Shown: positions 14,550 through 27,018 of the stretch, one piece after another | Numbering within the stretch: the first letter of the stretch is position 1 | How the letters are laid out: every line of letters begins with the position of its first letter | Assembly: GCF_006345805.1 (NCBI RefSeq) | Contig: NC_042999.1 | Span: 69,440,001-69,504,000, forward strand | Length of the DNA stretch: 64,000 bases | Direction of reading: 5' to 3' | DNA from: Octopus sinensis | Taxonomy: Eukaryota | Program-made: the position numbers and the translations under genes | The notes under the pieces: generated by a model | Told to the model about the DNA's origin: nothing | The model's database searches: none | Seen by the model: the letters and a program-made list of their open reading frames with translations, nothing else

Positions 14550-15050
14550 TTCGTCCGTAGTTGTCGACGATGGTCATGGACATTACATGGAAGATGGAGA
14601 CGGATCATAGTGCGGTCAATCAGTCCGATGTGTGCTCAGAAGGCTCTGTCGCAGGTCGGACACTAGTGGTCAGTTGGGACTGAAGACAAGGAATTATCTC
14701 TGGACTTGCGCAGTTCGCGTTTTCTTTATGCCTCGTAATCCTGTTCTATACATGGGAGAGGACACCTCTGTTGGTGCAGCTTCGCCAGGCAGTGAGGTTT
14801 TGTGTTTGCATTTCCCAGGTGTCAGGGTTGATTTCAGAGCTCTTCGGCGAGGCTTTGAGTGTATTCTTGAATTTTTTTTTCAGTCCACCTTGCATGCACT
14901 TGCCTTTTACCATTTCACTGTAAAACAGCCCCTTGGGGAATCTCGTGTCAGGCATTCGAACAGAGTAGCCTTCCCACCTGATTTACATTGTCCTCAGCTG
15001 TGTGCAAATGCACCGGACACGTTTACACCAAGAGAGAAAGTACTTCCAAT
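14550..15050 (-). pseudogene. RTE/BovB-like LINE ORF C-terminal relic
   Basis: IRWEGYSVRMPDTRFPKGLFYSEMVKGKCMQGGLKKKFKNTLK followed by a CPTCDRAF.AHIGL zinc-finger-like end. Confidence 0.8.
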
Positions 15051-15744
15051 CGCTTAAAACAAGCAAATCCAGCGTCCCTGAACAATTTCTTTTTCATTAT
15101 CATTAAACAATGTAAAAAACACTCTTCAATCTCTCTTTCTTTCTCTCTTCCACCTTTCTCTCTCCCTCTCTTTCTCTTCCCTCCTTCTCTCTCACTATTC
15201 TTTACAAAAAAAGCAAATTCGTTCGGAAGACAATAATATATTTGCAATGATTCCACCATTCATACTCACTCACTGATTATCTCTTTATCCAGTCAGATTT
15301 AACTCACATTCCCTGTTTAACAGTGTAAAAAGATCACACTTATCACACAGTCAACCCTGCTTTCGCATTCACCGACCGGCCGTCTATTTTCACTTATTAT
15401 TTATTTCAACTCTTTACTCACATTCTTTATTCAAATATCACTTCACTTCGATCACCACTTCGTGGACATCTGTTACCAGCTGCCTTCCCAGTTTTCCAGT
15501 CAACCAGCCAGCCAGCCAACGTACCAACCTCCCACACTACCAATCTACCAATTTACCAATAATACAACAGCAACAGATGGTTCAAAACACCTCATTAATA
15601 AAAACGTTATTTAAAACGCAATGTTTACTAAAAATTTATTTTGTCATTAAAATTGGAATAGTTTTGTGTTCCTTAATTAACTGAGATAAGCTTTTTAAAA
15701 AATCAATATTTATCATATTATTATTACACATTATTGAGGTTTCT

Positions 15745-15960
15745 AACTGGCAGAATCGTCAGCACACCACGCCGGGCAAAATGCTTAGTGACATTTCGTC
15801 CGTCTATCGTTCTGAGTTCAAATTCCGCTGAGGTCAACTTTGCCTTTCATCCCTTCCGGTGTCGATTTAAAGAAAAAAGTACCAGTTGGCACTGGGGTCA
15901 ATGTAATCGACTATTCACCGGCACTACCTCCTCCGATTTTCAAGCCTTGTGCCTATAACG
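15745..15960 (+). mobile_element. Second abundant SINE-like family
   Basis: CTGGCAGAATCGT.AGCAC.CCGGGC.AAATGCTTAG...GTTCAAATTCC...TTTGCCTTTCATCC. Copies at about 39690-39830, 46920-47345, 47490-47700, 55525-55675 and 59460-59650. Confidence 0.75.
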
Positions 15961-18375
15961 GAAAGAAGTCTTATAATACATTATTAAGTTTTTAAAAATT
16001 GTGTCCATAAACTAGAATGTTACCCGTCTCATGACGGGTAACTTTGACATAAAATTGTGCCCATAAACTAGAATGTTACCCATCTCATGACGGGTAAATT
16101 TGGCAGTATACTTTTACCATCATGAAGAAATATGGTATATACAGTAATACATCACTTTATGAGGACCCGATTTACTAGATCCCGGGTTTACAAGTTTTAT
16201 TTTATTATAAATTTTTGAAGCACATGATCCAAATTGTAAACGAAGGCCAAAAGTTTCTGCCACCATAACAAATGCTTCTGCATGTTACCGAGAAATTTAC
16301 AGAGAGCGACTCTAGCCTTGTATATTAAGAAGAAATCTACAAGTCTGTCTATGAGTGCTTGTGGCTTGGCAATCGCGTCTACAAGCGATGGTGTGCGCGA
16401 GTCTAGTGCAGGTGAAAGTGATTCAGAAACAATTATAATTACTCTTTTACTTGTTGCAGTCATTTGACTGCAGCCATGCTGGAGCACCGCCTTTCCTGGA
16501 CGAAAATGAAGTGCACGCAGAGACAGTCACAACTGCGTCTTCTGTTGTCAAAGAAATGCCGTCAGTGTTGAAGAGATGGAGTTTTGATTATTTTCGATAA
16601 TGAAGGGCGAACAAAGAAGGAAAAGGACAATATTTATACTCCGTTGTAGACGCAGACTTGGCTGTGTGCTTAAGAAACTCGCTTTGTAACCCTGTAGTTA
16701 AGGGTTCAGTCCCACCTCGGCTAAGTTTTTTTTTTTTTCACTAAAGTCTCGGAAAAACCAATGCCTTGTGAGTAAATTTAGCAGATGGAAAGTGCGTGGA
16801 AGCCTAGTGTCTGCGCCTGTGTCTTTGTGTTTGTCATCCCACCTCTTTGAAAAGCGGTATTGGTTTGTTCATGTCCCCGTAACTTGGCGTTTTGACAAAA
16901 GAGAATAATTGAATAAGTACCAGACTTTAAAAAAAAGTTTTTGAGTTAAGCTGTTCGACTAAAACCCTTCGGGGTGGTGGCCCAGTATGGCCACAGTCCT
17001 TTGACTGAAACCCTTAAAAGATAAAAGATATTTCACAGTAATACGCTGCTATTACAATATTATACACTATTACACAATAAAATATTGTTACAATAACTTT
17101 ATTATAATAAACAATAACCTAATTATAAATTTTGTAAAGCATGGTTTCATATCGGTTTGAAATGTGCTGCAATCAACTCTTTTTTTTTTAAATTTGAACC
17201 TAAAACAAAAAAATATTTAAAATACAACAAAACAATCAATAAATAACAATATGAATAAATATGGTGACCCTGAATTCAATAGTTTTAGAATAAATTCAAT
17301 CAATAAAATGTGTATGATCAGTTAAAAGACATCTGTTACATCAAGCTGGGTCACCTTTAATATTTCAGCAGACGACATCCCTGACAATCAACCCCTCTTC
17401 CCTCTCCTCTTTCTCTGAGCTTCTTTACTCACCACCACCACTACCACCATCAACCATCCCTTGCTACTTCTCTCTCTCTCACTCTCTCTCTCTCTCTCTA
17501 CCTCTCTCTCCTACTCACTCACTCACTCTTTCTTTCTGTCTCTATTTCTTTCCCTTCGATTTTCGCTATCATTCCTTTCTCCTCCCACTCCTCTCTATTC
17601 TAGTCTTTCAGTCTACTTCCCCCCCCCCACCGTTATCTCTTCCCCGCCTCCTCCAACTCTTCTTCATTTGCTATTCTTCCTACTTCTCTCCCTCCCTCTC
17701 CAAATGTACCATATGTGCCATTGTCTTTCAAATTATCTCTTACCACTTTCCTATTGAAATCTTTTTTTAATTTTTTTCCCCTGTCATTTTGTTTGTTTTC
17801 CTCTATCTCAGCTCCGGATCGAACGAAATGTGTTTATTTTTCGAGTATTCCTTTTACATTTAAAGCGACTTTTCAGTACCCCCTCCCCCTCTCTCTCTCT
17901 ACATATATACACACACGTATGTGTGTGTTTGTGTGTGTGTGTGTCTTTTATTTCCTATCATGCCGTATAATACTTTTGCCAGCCCATCCTTCCCCAGTAA
18001 CACTGCCATTTCTTTACTTTAGAAAACGTTATCGTGAACTCTCAACCAAGGGAATTCAGCAGGTGTAGGACGGTTTATCTCCACGAACAGACTTAACCTG
18101 ATGTCGGTAACGTAATAGTTCACCGTTAAAGAAACCTTTATCAATAGCCGAAAGTCACATTAAAAAAAAAAACGAACAAGTAAATAAATACACAAATAAG
18201 TAATACAAAAATTAATTAAGCATAATATTTTTACTTGGAATTAATTAATGGGGACGTAAACAAACCAACACTGGATGTCACACAGTGGCGTGGGGGATAA
18301 ACACATACACACATGTACATGCGTGTGTATCTGTATTTATACATACATGTGTGTGTATATATATTTATTATTATT

Positions 18376-18407
<32 letters not shown>

Positions 18408-18589
18408 TATTATTAAAGCTGCAACAACAACACAAGAAACTGCTACTCAGAGGTTCACGTTCTTGTTCATCGGGTAGTTCTTGATCACAACTGTTCGACG
18501 AACGGGAACGTGAAACTCCGAGTAGCAGTTTTTTGTGATGTTCTTGCAGCTCTGATGATAATAATAAAGCATGTGTTGAAACATATTTT

Positions 18590-18858
18590 GTTGTGTCTGA
18601 GGAGAATCGTTTTCCTTTAGTGCCTTATTATTTAACACACTCACCGATTTCCACTCATTTACTTAATTATTTTCGTTGCGTCTTGCAACATTTTCAATAG
18701 TCGAGCTCAGATAACGGACAAAGTCAACGACTATTGAAAAGTTTGTAAGACGCAACGAAAATTTTTAGAAAAATTAATAAGTAAATGAGTGGAAACTGAA
18801 CCGGTGAGTGTGTTAAATAATAAAGCACTAAAAGAGAATGACTTTCCCCAGACACAAC
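18590..18858. repeat. Imperfect foldback (MITE-like) element
   Basis: Arms of about 120 bp (TTGTGTCTG...TTTTCAATAGTCG and CGACTATTGAAAA...CAGACACAA) are reverse complements with small indels. Confidence 0.75.
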
Positions 18859-18888
18859 ACACACAAACACACACACACACACACACAC

Positions 18889-18933
<45 letters not shown>

Positions 18934-18937
<4 letters not shown>

Positions 18938-19350
18938 CACAAAAAAAAACAAAAGACGAAGACAGGGGTGTAGACAACAGACAGATGTATTAGTATAACG
19001 CCCGGGAAGTGAAAAAGTCTTTAACGTTTCGAGCCTATGCTCTTTCACAAAAAGGAACACAGAAAGAAACAAAGAGAGAAAATAAAGAATGTGTAGTGGC
19101 TAGCGATCTAGGAATAGAAAAAAATGGGACAAGAACGCAAAGCATCCAAACAGATGATACAAAAAAGGGACAGACGGGTCATTCAGAGTTTTCTTTCCTC
19201 AGTCGAGTTGCAATTTCGGCTGGTTATACTCGAAATTGCTCCAATCTGGCCAGCCCCAAAGAAAAACTAAGCTAACAGCACTAGATTCCTTGGAAAGCAA
19301 CGAGTGTATACGAAAACAAGGACGGAAAAAACGGAGAAATGGTACACAAA
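18934..19350 (-). mobile_element. PLE terminal fragment with decayed hammerhead
   Basis: Homologous to 3222-3390. Minus strand reads TTGTGAA-AGAGCATAGGCTC-GAAACGTTAAAG. The end abuts (TA)n. Confidence 0.55.
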
Positions 19351-19354
19351 AAAA

Positions 19355-19670
19355 GGAGCACTCCATCGGTTACGACGACGAGGGTCCCAGCTGATAGGAT
19401 CAACGGAACAGCTTGCTCGTGAAATTAACGTGCAGGTGACTGAGCAATCCACAGACACGTCTACCCCTAACGTAGTTTCACAGGGAGATTTAGCGTGATA
19501 CAGATTGTGACAAAGCTGGCCCTTTGAAATACAGGTACAACTCATTTTTGCCTGCTGAGTGGACTGGAGCAACGTGAAATAAAGTGTCTTGCTCAAGGAC
19601 ACAACGCGTCGCCGGGAATTGAACTCACGACCTTACAATCGTGAGCCGAATGCCCTAACCACTAAGCCAA
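19355..19670 (-). mobile_element. tRNA-derived SINE
   Basis: Minus-strand head GGCTTAGTGGTTAGGGC...GAGTTCAATTCCC plus GTGTCCTTGAGCAAGACAC core. Homologous to about 55140-55445. Confidence 0.75.
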
Positions 19671-20090
19671 ATGCAAATAACAGGACATTAACAACAGGTG
19701 TCTTTTGACTAAGGACGAATTAAATTAAGCTGGCGTGTGTGGAAGTGAAGCCTTACGGCAGGGGCATAAGGGATGACAGGCATGGGGAGAAATATAGATG
19801 TTGCATGGATGCTAGTCGAACGAAGAAAGGTCGAAGGATTAAAATATTTTGGCGACTTAAATAAGAGTTTGACTGTTATATCCAGCATGTAGACATACTT
19901 AGTATATCCTTTGATTAATTTTAATCCTTCAGCTATTTAATGCTTTTGTTTTTGGTGGGCCTGCAACCGCCTATCTTATTGATTCTGTTATTATCATTTT
20001 TAAATTGTTACACTAGATAATAATAGAGCCAATGATATCGTCGCAAATTTTTTCCCGTGAATTAGTTTTTCCTCGTGAATTATTTGCTCC

Positions 20091-20130
<40 letters not shown>

Positions 20131-20472
20131 GGAGCAAATATTATTATCTAGTGTAACACATATATAGCCAATTCATATAAACGAATAATAAAATAAAACA
20201 GACAACAAGAGGACGCTCGGTGAAAAGAGAGTTTGACATTCCCATTGCGAGCCTAGCTCTTCGTCGGAAAGGAGAAAAGAAAAAGGCCAAAGAAGGAAAC
20301 GAAATCGCCATTAGCATGTGTGTAGCTACATTGCCGAAGCGACTGAAAGTAGAAAGACATAGAGAAAGTGACTTCATGGGACAGGAGAGTGCCACGATGG
20401 TCAGTGTGTGTGTGTGTGTGTGTGCGTATGACGGGGTTGGAATGTATGTGTGTATGAGTGCATGTGTATGTC

Positions 20473-20512
<40 letters not shown>

Positions 20513-20540
20513 TACATACATACATACATACATACATACA

Positions 20541-20576
<36 letters not shown>

Positions 20577-20744
20577 TATATAATATAGATAGATAGATAG
20601 ATAGATAATAATGAGGTAGTTTTAGTGAAGCATTGTGAGGTATAACTTCAAAGAATGCACTTGTGTAAGGCCAGAACATTGCGAGAAGGTACAAAGTAAA
20701 CAACAAAATGAAAAGAAAACAGAATACCGTTGCAGTTTTACTTT

Positions 20745-21610
20745 GTATTTCTATATTTCGGGGTGAAAACCTCTTCTTCAGGACATTCGGAAAAGCGGTG
20801 GTTGGAAAAAGTCTGTGGCTAATGTTTGTGTGAGGGGAGGAAGAAGGAAGGTGATATGCGCTGACCGTTGTTGCTATCGCAACCAGAGGGTTTCCATAAT
20901 TCGGAGATAGGCCTATTGCGTTGAGTTGGCTTGATGCAAACTTTGAAATTCCGGGTTTGGTACTTCCTAAGGTGTTTCTTTATCGAGGTGTCTGTCTGCA
21001 TATCCTCCTTTATTCGGATGTGTAGTTTTCTGGTGGTGTTCCCTATGTAGGCTGTTCCAAGTTTATTGCAGACTACCTCGTATGCTACATAGGCCCTCGA
21101 TCATATTTTGATGTCGTTGATGGGGCGGATGGTGAGTGTGCACCCCATGGTGCCTTCTGTGGTATTTATCCTGGACAGAATTTTCCCTAGAGATGGACCG
21201 GTGTGTACCAACTTTATGGTAAATCCCTCCCCGCGGATGGCATGTTGGATAGCTGCTGTTGTTCTGTCGTCGAAGCAGAGCAGCCTAATGAAGCACTTTT
21301 CTGGTCTGATGTTATGGGCTTTTTTGTGTTGTTTACCCGCTTTTGTGTTTCGCGCATGCAGTCGTTTATCTGCAAATGGTGGATAGCCTTTGTGCGCTTA
21401 GTTCCTGAGGAGCCGCTTGGTGTTGGTGGCTGCGTCTGTCTCTTATGTTTGCGATTTTCTGTATATATGCGGCTTTTACTCTGGTGGGCAGGGCTGATTC
21501 GTAATGTACGAACAGATTCCTACTGTTGGCAATATGTGTTTTTGTGGGGTCCGGGAGCGGCAGACGGAAGGGCCGCGTCGGGCGGTACACATTCGAGCCA
21601 CGCTAGTGGA
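20745..21610 (-). pseudogene. Penelope-like element 3' relic (RT thumb, GIY-YIG, hammerhead)
   Basis: Broken frames give NSRNLFVHYESALPTRVKAAYI, KLVHTGPSLGKILSR and VAYEVVCNKLGTAYIGNTTRKLHIRIKE. Downstream motif CTGAAGA-A-GAGG-TTTTCA-CCCC-GAAATATA at 20747-20785. Confidence 0.75.
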
Positions 21611-21949
21611 TTGATCGCAATGCATTGTGGGATATAACATCGACAAAATAAACAGTCAATCTCAATGTCAGTTTTACAATGCTACTGTTACTAACATTGC
21701 CCCATTTGATTTTTATGGTGCTTACATACGTCTGAATGAGTCGTTCTCAACTGGGCTCCATATGACCCCTATGAGCTCTATAAGATTTTGGGAGTTCACG
21801 CAAGCAGTATATTAAGGGTTCGTGTAAAAAAATTTACATAAAATGTAAGAAACAGCTGGGTTTCTTTCTCCGACATTTAACATAGTTCAACCTACATAAG
21901 TTAATGCGTGAAAAGTAAAAAATAAATTTTGAAAGCGGTATCTATAAAC

Positions 21950-22677
21950 CAGTGGCGGCTCGTAGATAAAGTTAGTGGGGGTGCTGCTTCAGAAAATTTT
22001 CAGCCGTTGTTTTAATATTGTGTAAAAGGAAACAAACACATAAAAAGAAAATTCACACATAAACTTGATCGGTTCGCGTTTTAGCCACTGCCGAGTAGTG
22101 TGTTTAATTTGTTCACAGAACACCGCCGCGAATTCCCCCTTGTTTTTCAAAAATCCCTACTAAATTACAAAATAAGGAAGGGAAATGTGCCCTATTTTTC
22201 AAATCCTGACATCTACACTGAAGCTGGAAGCAGGATAATAATCTAATTCTACACTTTATCACATTCAAGAATATAAACATGTTTTTAAGCACAACACTCG
22301 CGGAGTCAAAAAGAAACTACCTTTCATACGGCACTGTCGTTCACGCAGTGCACTCTCTATCTCTCTCTCTCTCACTCACTCACTCTCTCTCCCTCCCCCC
22401 TCTCTCTCTAGTGTGAAGTTTCCTATCTCGGACAAGTAAGCATGCGCACAACAGCCAAACACCACGTCGCTGGAACTGTGAAGTGCCCAGTTCTATGCAA
22501 GGATTTTTGTATTTTTTCATAAACTAGGGGATGGTTTCTAACATTAAGCTTAAGGATTATATAATGTACAAGTATAAAGAAAGAATTAAAGAAGAAAGGA
22601 CTCATTATATTGAATGTTATCGATAATATCGAGTGGAAATAGGGAGTGCTGCAGTTCCTCTACACGAGCCACCACTG
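21950..22677. mobile_element. Non-autonomous hAT-type element
   Basis: Termini CAGTGGCGGCTCGT and ACGAGCCACCACTG, flanked by a degenerate 8-bp TSD CTATAAAC / CTATAAGG. Confidence 0.7.
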
Positions 22678-22703
22678 CTATAAGGCTAGTTTGATTTTGT
22701 AGG

Positions 22704-23330
22704 CCCCGTAGATGAGCTGCTTGTGGACAATGGTACTGCGTTTCGCTCGGAGGTGCTGAGGGAAATGCTCGACAAGTGACATGTTAGCCGTTTCTTCAGA
22801 GCAGCATACCGGCCAAGTGGCAATGGAGTTGTGGAGAGGCATCATCGCACCATCAATACCACAGCAGAGAGGGGCCACATCTCACCGTTCGAGGCCGTTT
22901 TTTGGTATAATATGTCGCCCAGATCAGGACAGGCTGAGGAGACGGTTCCACACAGGGCAATATTCAAGTACGAGTGGAGACATCCATGTACTGCATCGCC
23001 GCAACCCACAGAAAAGAAAGAGCATGCCTTGGTGTAGGTCAGAGAAGTCTGGGTTAAACCCCCAAAAGCGTGGTGCACATCACAATGAGGAAAGGGGACA
23101 ATTCAAGGAACAATGTCTCCGTAGATGGTACGCCATATCATATTTTGGATGTGCGCAGGATCATCACTGCGTCGAAGAATGGAGCCAACAGTAATGGACA
23201 AGAGGATGAAGCCGACAGTAAAATGCCAGAGACTGAGGCCATCCTGAAGTCCCTCGGTGGCTGCAGAGGGAACTGTGCCCTCCTCACTGGTTGGCTGATT
23301 ATGAGACAAGTTAAGGTGTATGGTCAGGGT
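22704..23330 (+). pseudogene. Ty3/Gypsy LTR-retrotransposon integrase C-terminal relic
   Basis: ELLVDNGTAFRS, AAYRPSGNGVVERHHRTI, AVFWYNMSP, EVWVKPP and NNVSVDGTPYHILDVR, with internal stops. A possible 3' LTR follows at about 23385-23720 (ends not confirmed). Confidence 0.8.
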
Positions 23331-24338
23331 TGAGAAGAGGGCGTGGGCAGGTAGGTTGAATGATCTTCAGATCAGCGGGCGTGTGGTGTTATGAGCCAGG
23401 CTGTGTTGTAGAGAAGGACCGGAAATGATAGGGTGTGCATGTCCTGTCGGAAGTGCGGCCTGTAGGTCCCACCGGAAGGGTCACGGTGGGCATGCGGGGT
23501 CGGCGAGGCATGGGCGGTCAGTTGGCAGTGGACAGCGTACGAGAGCAGACCTGTTAGACGGTACGGCGGCAGACAGAGCATGTGGACGGTGTGAGTGACC
23601 CTTCCAGATAGACAGGTAAGACCACCGTAATTCTCTCGCTGCTTCCGTCTTTTCCTCCTTCACATCAGAGTTTTTAAACATCGAATGGCTGTTGGGATCC
23701 ACCAGAGTAAAATAGTAACCAAAGGGGTCCATAGGTTAAAAGAATGGTAGAAAACCACTAATCTAGAATGGACTGAGTCGTTGAGAGTTAATGCTACAGG
23801 TCCCATCGACTGCTCTCGGTTTGAGAAAGGAAGGTAGATATGTAAATAAAAAAACAAAACAAATTGATATCGTAATGTTGAAGTGACTTTTGTCGATATT
23901 AGACTTTTTTTGACTATGTAGCATTTTCCATCGTTTTATGGTTACGAATCCATCGAAGTATGTTTGGAATAAGACGTCAACAATAAATGCTAACCAAAAA
24001 TGTACACAAACGCACATTTGAAGGAGCCGAAACGAATAAGTGAAGCCAGTTTATTACTATTTCAGAAGTACAATAAAAGTTGTTAAAAACCAAAGTAACA
24101 CTACAGATTGGTCAACAACGTATAAAGATTTGTTGAACGACAATCATAAAACTGTCATCTGCCGGAGTAAATGATAAAAGATTAAAAAGAGACACTTGCT
24201 GAGATTCGAGTCATAAGCTTTATATGTAAAGTGGGTTTTCTGTTGGAACGCACAGATAAATACGACAGTCATATTGTTTTTGATGTTGGTGTTGCCGTTG
24301 TTTTGATTTTTAACTGTTGGTAAGGAGTGGGAGTAATC

Positions 24339-24385
<47 letters not shown>

Positions 24386-24797
24386 TTTTAGTTTTTTTAA
24401 TTGCTTCATCATTTGACTGCGGCCACGTTGGAGCACCGCCATACTGGAGCAACGCCTTTAGTCGAGAAAATCGCCCCCAGTACTTATTGTTTGTAAGCCT
24501 AGTATTTATTCTATCGGTCACTTTTGCCGAACCGCTATGTTACGGGGACGTAAACACACCAGCATCGGTGGTCAAACGATGGTGGGAGGGCAAACACAGA
24601 CACACAAACATAAACACACACACACACACACACACACACATACGACAGGCCTCTTTCAGTTTCCGTTTACCAAATCCACTTATAAGACTTTGGTCGGCCC
24701 GAGAAGACACTTGCCCAAGGTGCCGCGCTGTGGGACTGAACCCGGAACCATGTGCTTGGTAAACAAGCTACTTACCACACAGCCACCCTTCCGCATG

Positions 24798-24865
<68 letters not shown>

Positions 24866-24934
24866 TATATATATATCTATATAGATATATATATATATAT
24901 ATATCTATATATATATATCTATATATATTATATA

Positions 24935-25051
<117 letters not shown>

Positions 25052-25101
25052 AAAATTGATTTTCTAAATCTCTCGTAGAGAGGTGTACGGTGGTGGAGCG
25101 A

Positions 25102-25348
25102 TATACTGTCAATCTAACAAGAACGTGACAGTAGGGGGTACACCACCGTTATATAGCCCTAGAAGGACAATGATCCTGAAACACGGTGTCCCTAGCGGCG
25201 GTTGGGGGTGTTTGTCTCCCCTTCGTATGTGTATATAAGGACACAGGATAAAATGTGTCGAAGCTGTCAGGAGGCGTTCGATGCCTCCTCGGGCTATATA
25301 ACGGTGGTGTACCCCCTACTGTCACGCTCTTGTTAGATTGACAGTATA
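25102..25348. mobile_element. MITE with 58-bp TIRs (TA-flanked, Tc1/mariner-type)
   Basis: 25102-25159 and 25291-25348 are reverse complements with one mismatch. Ends read TATACTGTC / GACAGTATA. Confidence 0.8.
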
Positions 25349-25528
25349 CAACCATTATATATATATATATATATACCAATTAAGGACTGAACACGAAAAG
25401 TGGACAGTCAACATGCTAGATATAGACGTTAAATCGCCATTCACCACAAAAGATTATGTTCTCAGATCAAACTCAGCACAAAACCATAGCAATAAACAAG
25501 TGAAAAATATACGAAATAAAATAATTAC

Positions 25529-25592
25529 CCATGTACTAATTAGTTTCGGCTGTTATTTTCCGCAAGGAAAACTGCAGCCATCATCAGCATGG
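25529..25592 (-). ncRNA. Type I hammerhead ribozyme (inverted copy)
   Basis: Reverse complement of the motif at 26144-26207, with identical sequence. Confidence 0.85.
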
Positions 25593-26143
25593 TCCGTTAT
25601 AAATGTAATTTGCTGGACTAGATGCAAACACGATACCGAAATATCGCGTGCATGGAGTTCAGCCTATTACATTTGAATATATCTTTCAAATGCCTTTACT
25701 TTGGCGCGTTGAGGCCCGAGAAAACTAGCCTGCAGCTAATAATTAGCAGCAGTCAATTTATCGGTTAGAGAACATATTTATTTATATAAAATTAATTAAG
25801 GGTAGAAATTGATATTTATCAATTAAGACCAGTGGTCTAGCATATTAAAAAAGAATCCGAAGATTAAAATATTTTTTAATTGATAAATATTAATAATTGA
25901 TAAATATCAATAATTGATAAATATCAATTTCTACCCTTAATTAATTTTATATAAATAAATATGTTCTCTAACCGATAAATTGACTGCTGCTAATTATTAG
26001 CTGCAGGCTAGTTTTCTCGGGCCTCAACGCGCCAAAGTAAAGGCATTTGAAAGATATATTCAAATGTAATAGGCTGAACTCCATGCACGCGATATTTCGG
26101 TATCGTGTTTGCATCTAGTCCAGCAAATTACATTTATAACGGA

Positions 26144-26207
26144 CCATGCTGATGATGGCTGCAGTTTTCCTTGCGGAAAATAACAGCCGAAACTAATTAG
26201 TACATGG
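26144..26207 (+). ncRNA. Type I hammerhead ribozyme
   Basis: CCATG-CTGATGA-T-GGCTG-CAG-TTTTCC-TTGC-GGAAAA-TAA-CAGCC-GAAA-CTAATTAG-TA-CATGG. Core intact, stem I CCATG/CATGG, bipartite stem II, palindromic helix III ACTAATTAGT, GUA cleavage triplet (cut after 26202). Confidence 0.85.
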
Positions 26208-26649
26208 GTAATTATTTTATTTCGTATATTTTTCACTTGTTTATTGCTATGGTTTTGTGCTGAGTTTGATCTGAGAACATAATCTTTTGTGGTGAATGGC
26301 GATTTGACGTCTATATCTAGCATGTTGACTGTCCACTTTTCGTGTTCAGTCCTTAATTGGTATATATAAATATTTTAATCTTCGGATTCTTTTTTAATAT
26401 GCTAGACCACTGGTCTTAATTGATAAATATCAATTTCTACCCTTAATTAATTTTATATAAATAAATATGTTCTCTAACCGATAAATTGACTGCTGCTAAT
26501 TATTAGCTGCAGGCTAGTTTTCTCGGGCCTCAACGCGCCAAAGTAAAGGCATTTGAAAGATATATTCAAATGTAATAGGCTGAACTCCATGCACGCGATA
26601 TTTCGGTATCGTGTTTGCATCTAGTCCAGCAAATTACATTTATAACGGA

Positions 26650-26713
26650 CCATGCTGATGATGGCTGCAGTTTTCCTTGCGGAAAATAACAGCCGAAACT
26701 AATTAGTACATGG
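26650..26713 (+). ncRNA. Type I hammerhead ribozyme (second tandem copy)
   Basis: Identical to 26144-26207, 506 bp downstream. Predicted cut after 26708. Confidence 0.85.
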
Positions 26714-26976
26714 GTAATTATTTTATTTCGTATATTTTTCACTTGTTTATTGCTATGGTTTTGTGCTGAGTTTGATCTGAGAACATAATCTTTTGTGGTG
26801 AATGGCGATTTGACGTCTATATCTAGCATGTTGACTGTCCACTTTTCGTGTTCAGTCCTTAATTGGTATATATAAATATTTTAATCTTCGGATTCTTTTT
26901 TAATATGCTAGACCACTGGTCTTAATTGATAAATATCAATTTCTACCCTTAATTAATTTTATATTATATATATTAT

Positions 26977-27018
<42 letters not shown>

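Larger units (their letters stand above)
25371..26962. mobile_element. Retrozyme-like array: 506-bp non-coding unit, about 2.07 tandem copies on + (25912-26962) and one inverted copy (25371-25874)
   Basis: Exact 506-bp period (identical ORF-track hits at 26060 and 26566). Each complete unit has one hammerhead. Both outer ends abut TA-rich tracts. Confidence 0.8.

Noticed and set aside
18022-18062. Possible 40-nt plus-strand exon (KRYRELSTKGIQQ)
   Set aside because: Acceptor is plausible but the donor GTGTAG is weak, and there is no supporting context.
18596-18625. CTGAGGA in the 18.6-kb foldback
   Set aside because: No downstream GAAA or stems; probably a chance substitution.
19170-19205. 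CTGAGGA-A-AGA-AAAC-TCT-GAAT motif on the minus strand
   Set aside because: GAAT instead of GAAA, and no helix I or III pairing.
25338-26829. Three near-identical 87-112 aa ORFs (MLDIDVKSPFTTKDY...)
   Set aside because: Antisense by-products of the 506-bp repeat, with no recognisable domain. The informative feature is the ribozyme on the other strand.
25371-26962. CRISPR-like or classical satellite interpretation of the tandem array
   Set aside because: No short repeat-spacer pattern; only about three long units, each with a ribozyme.
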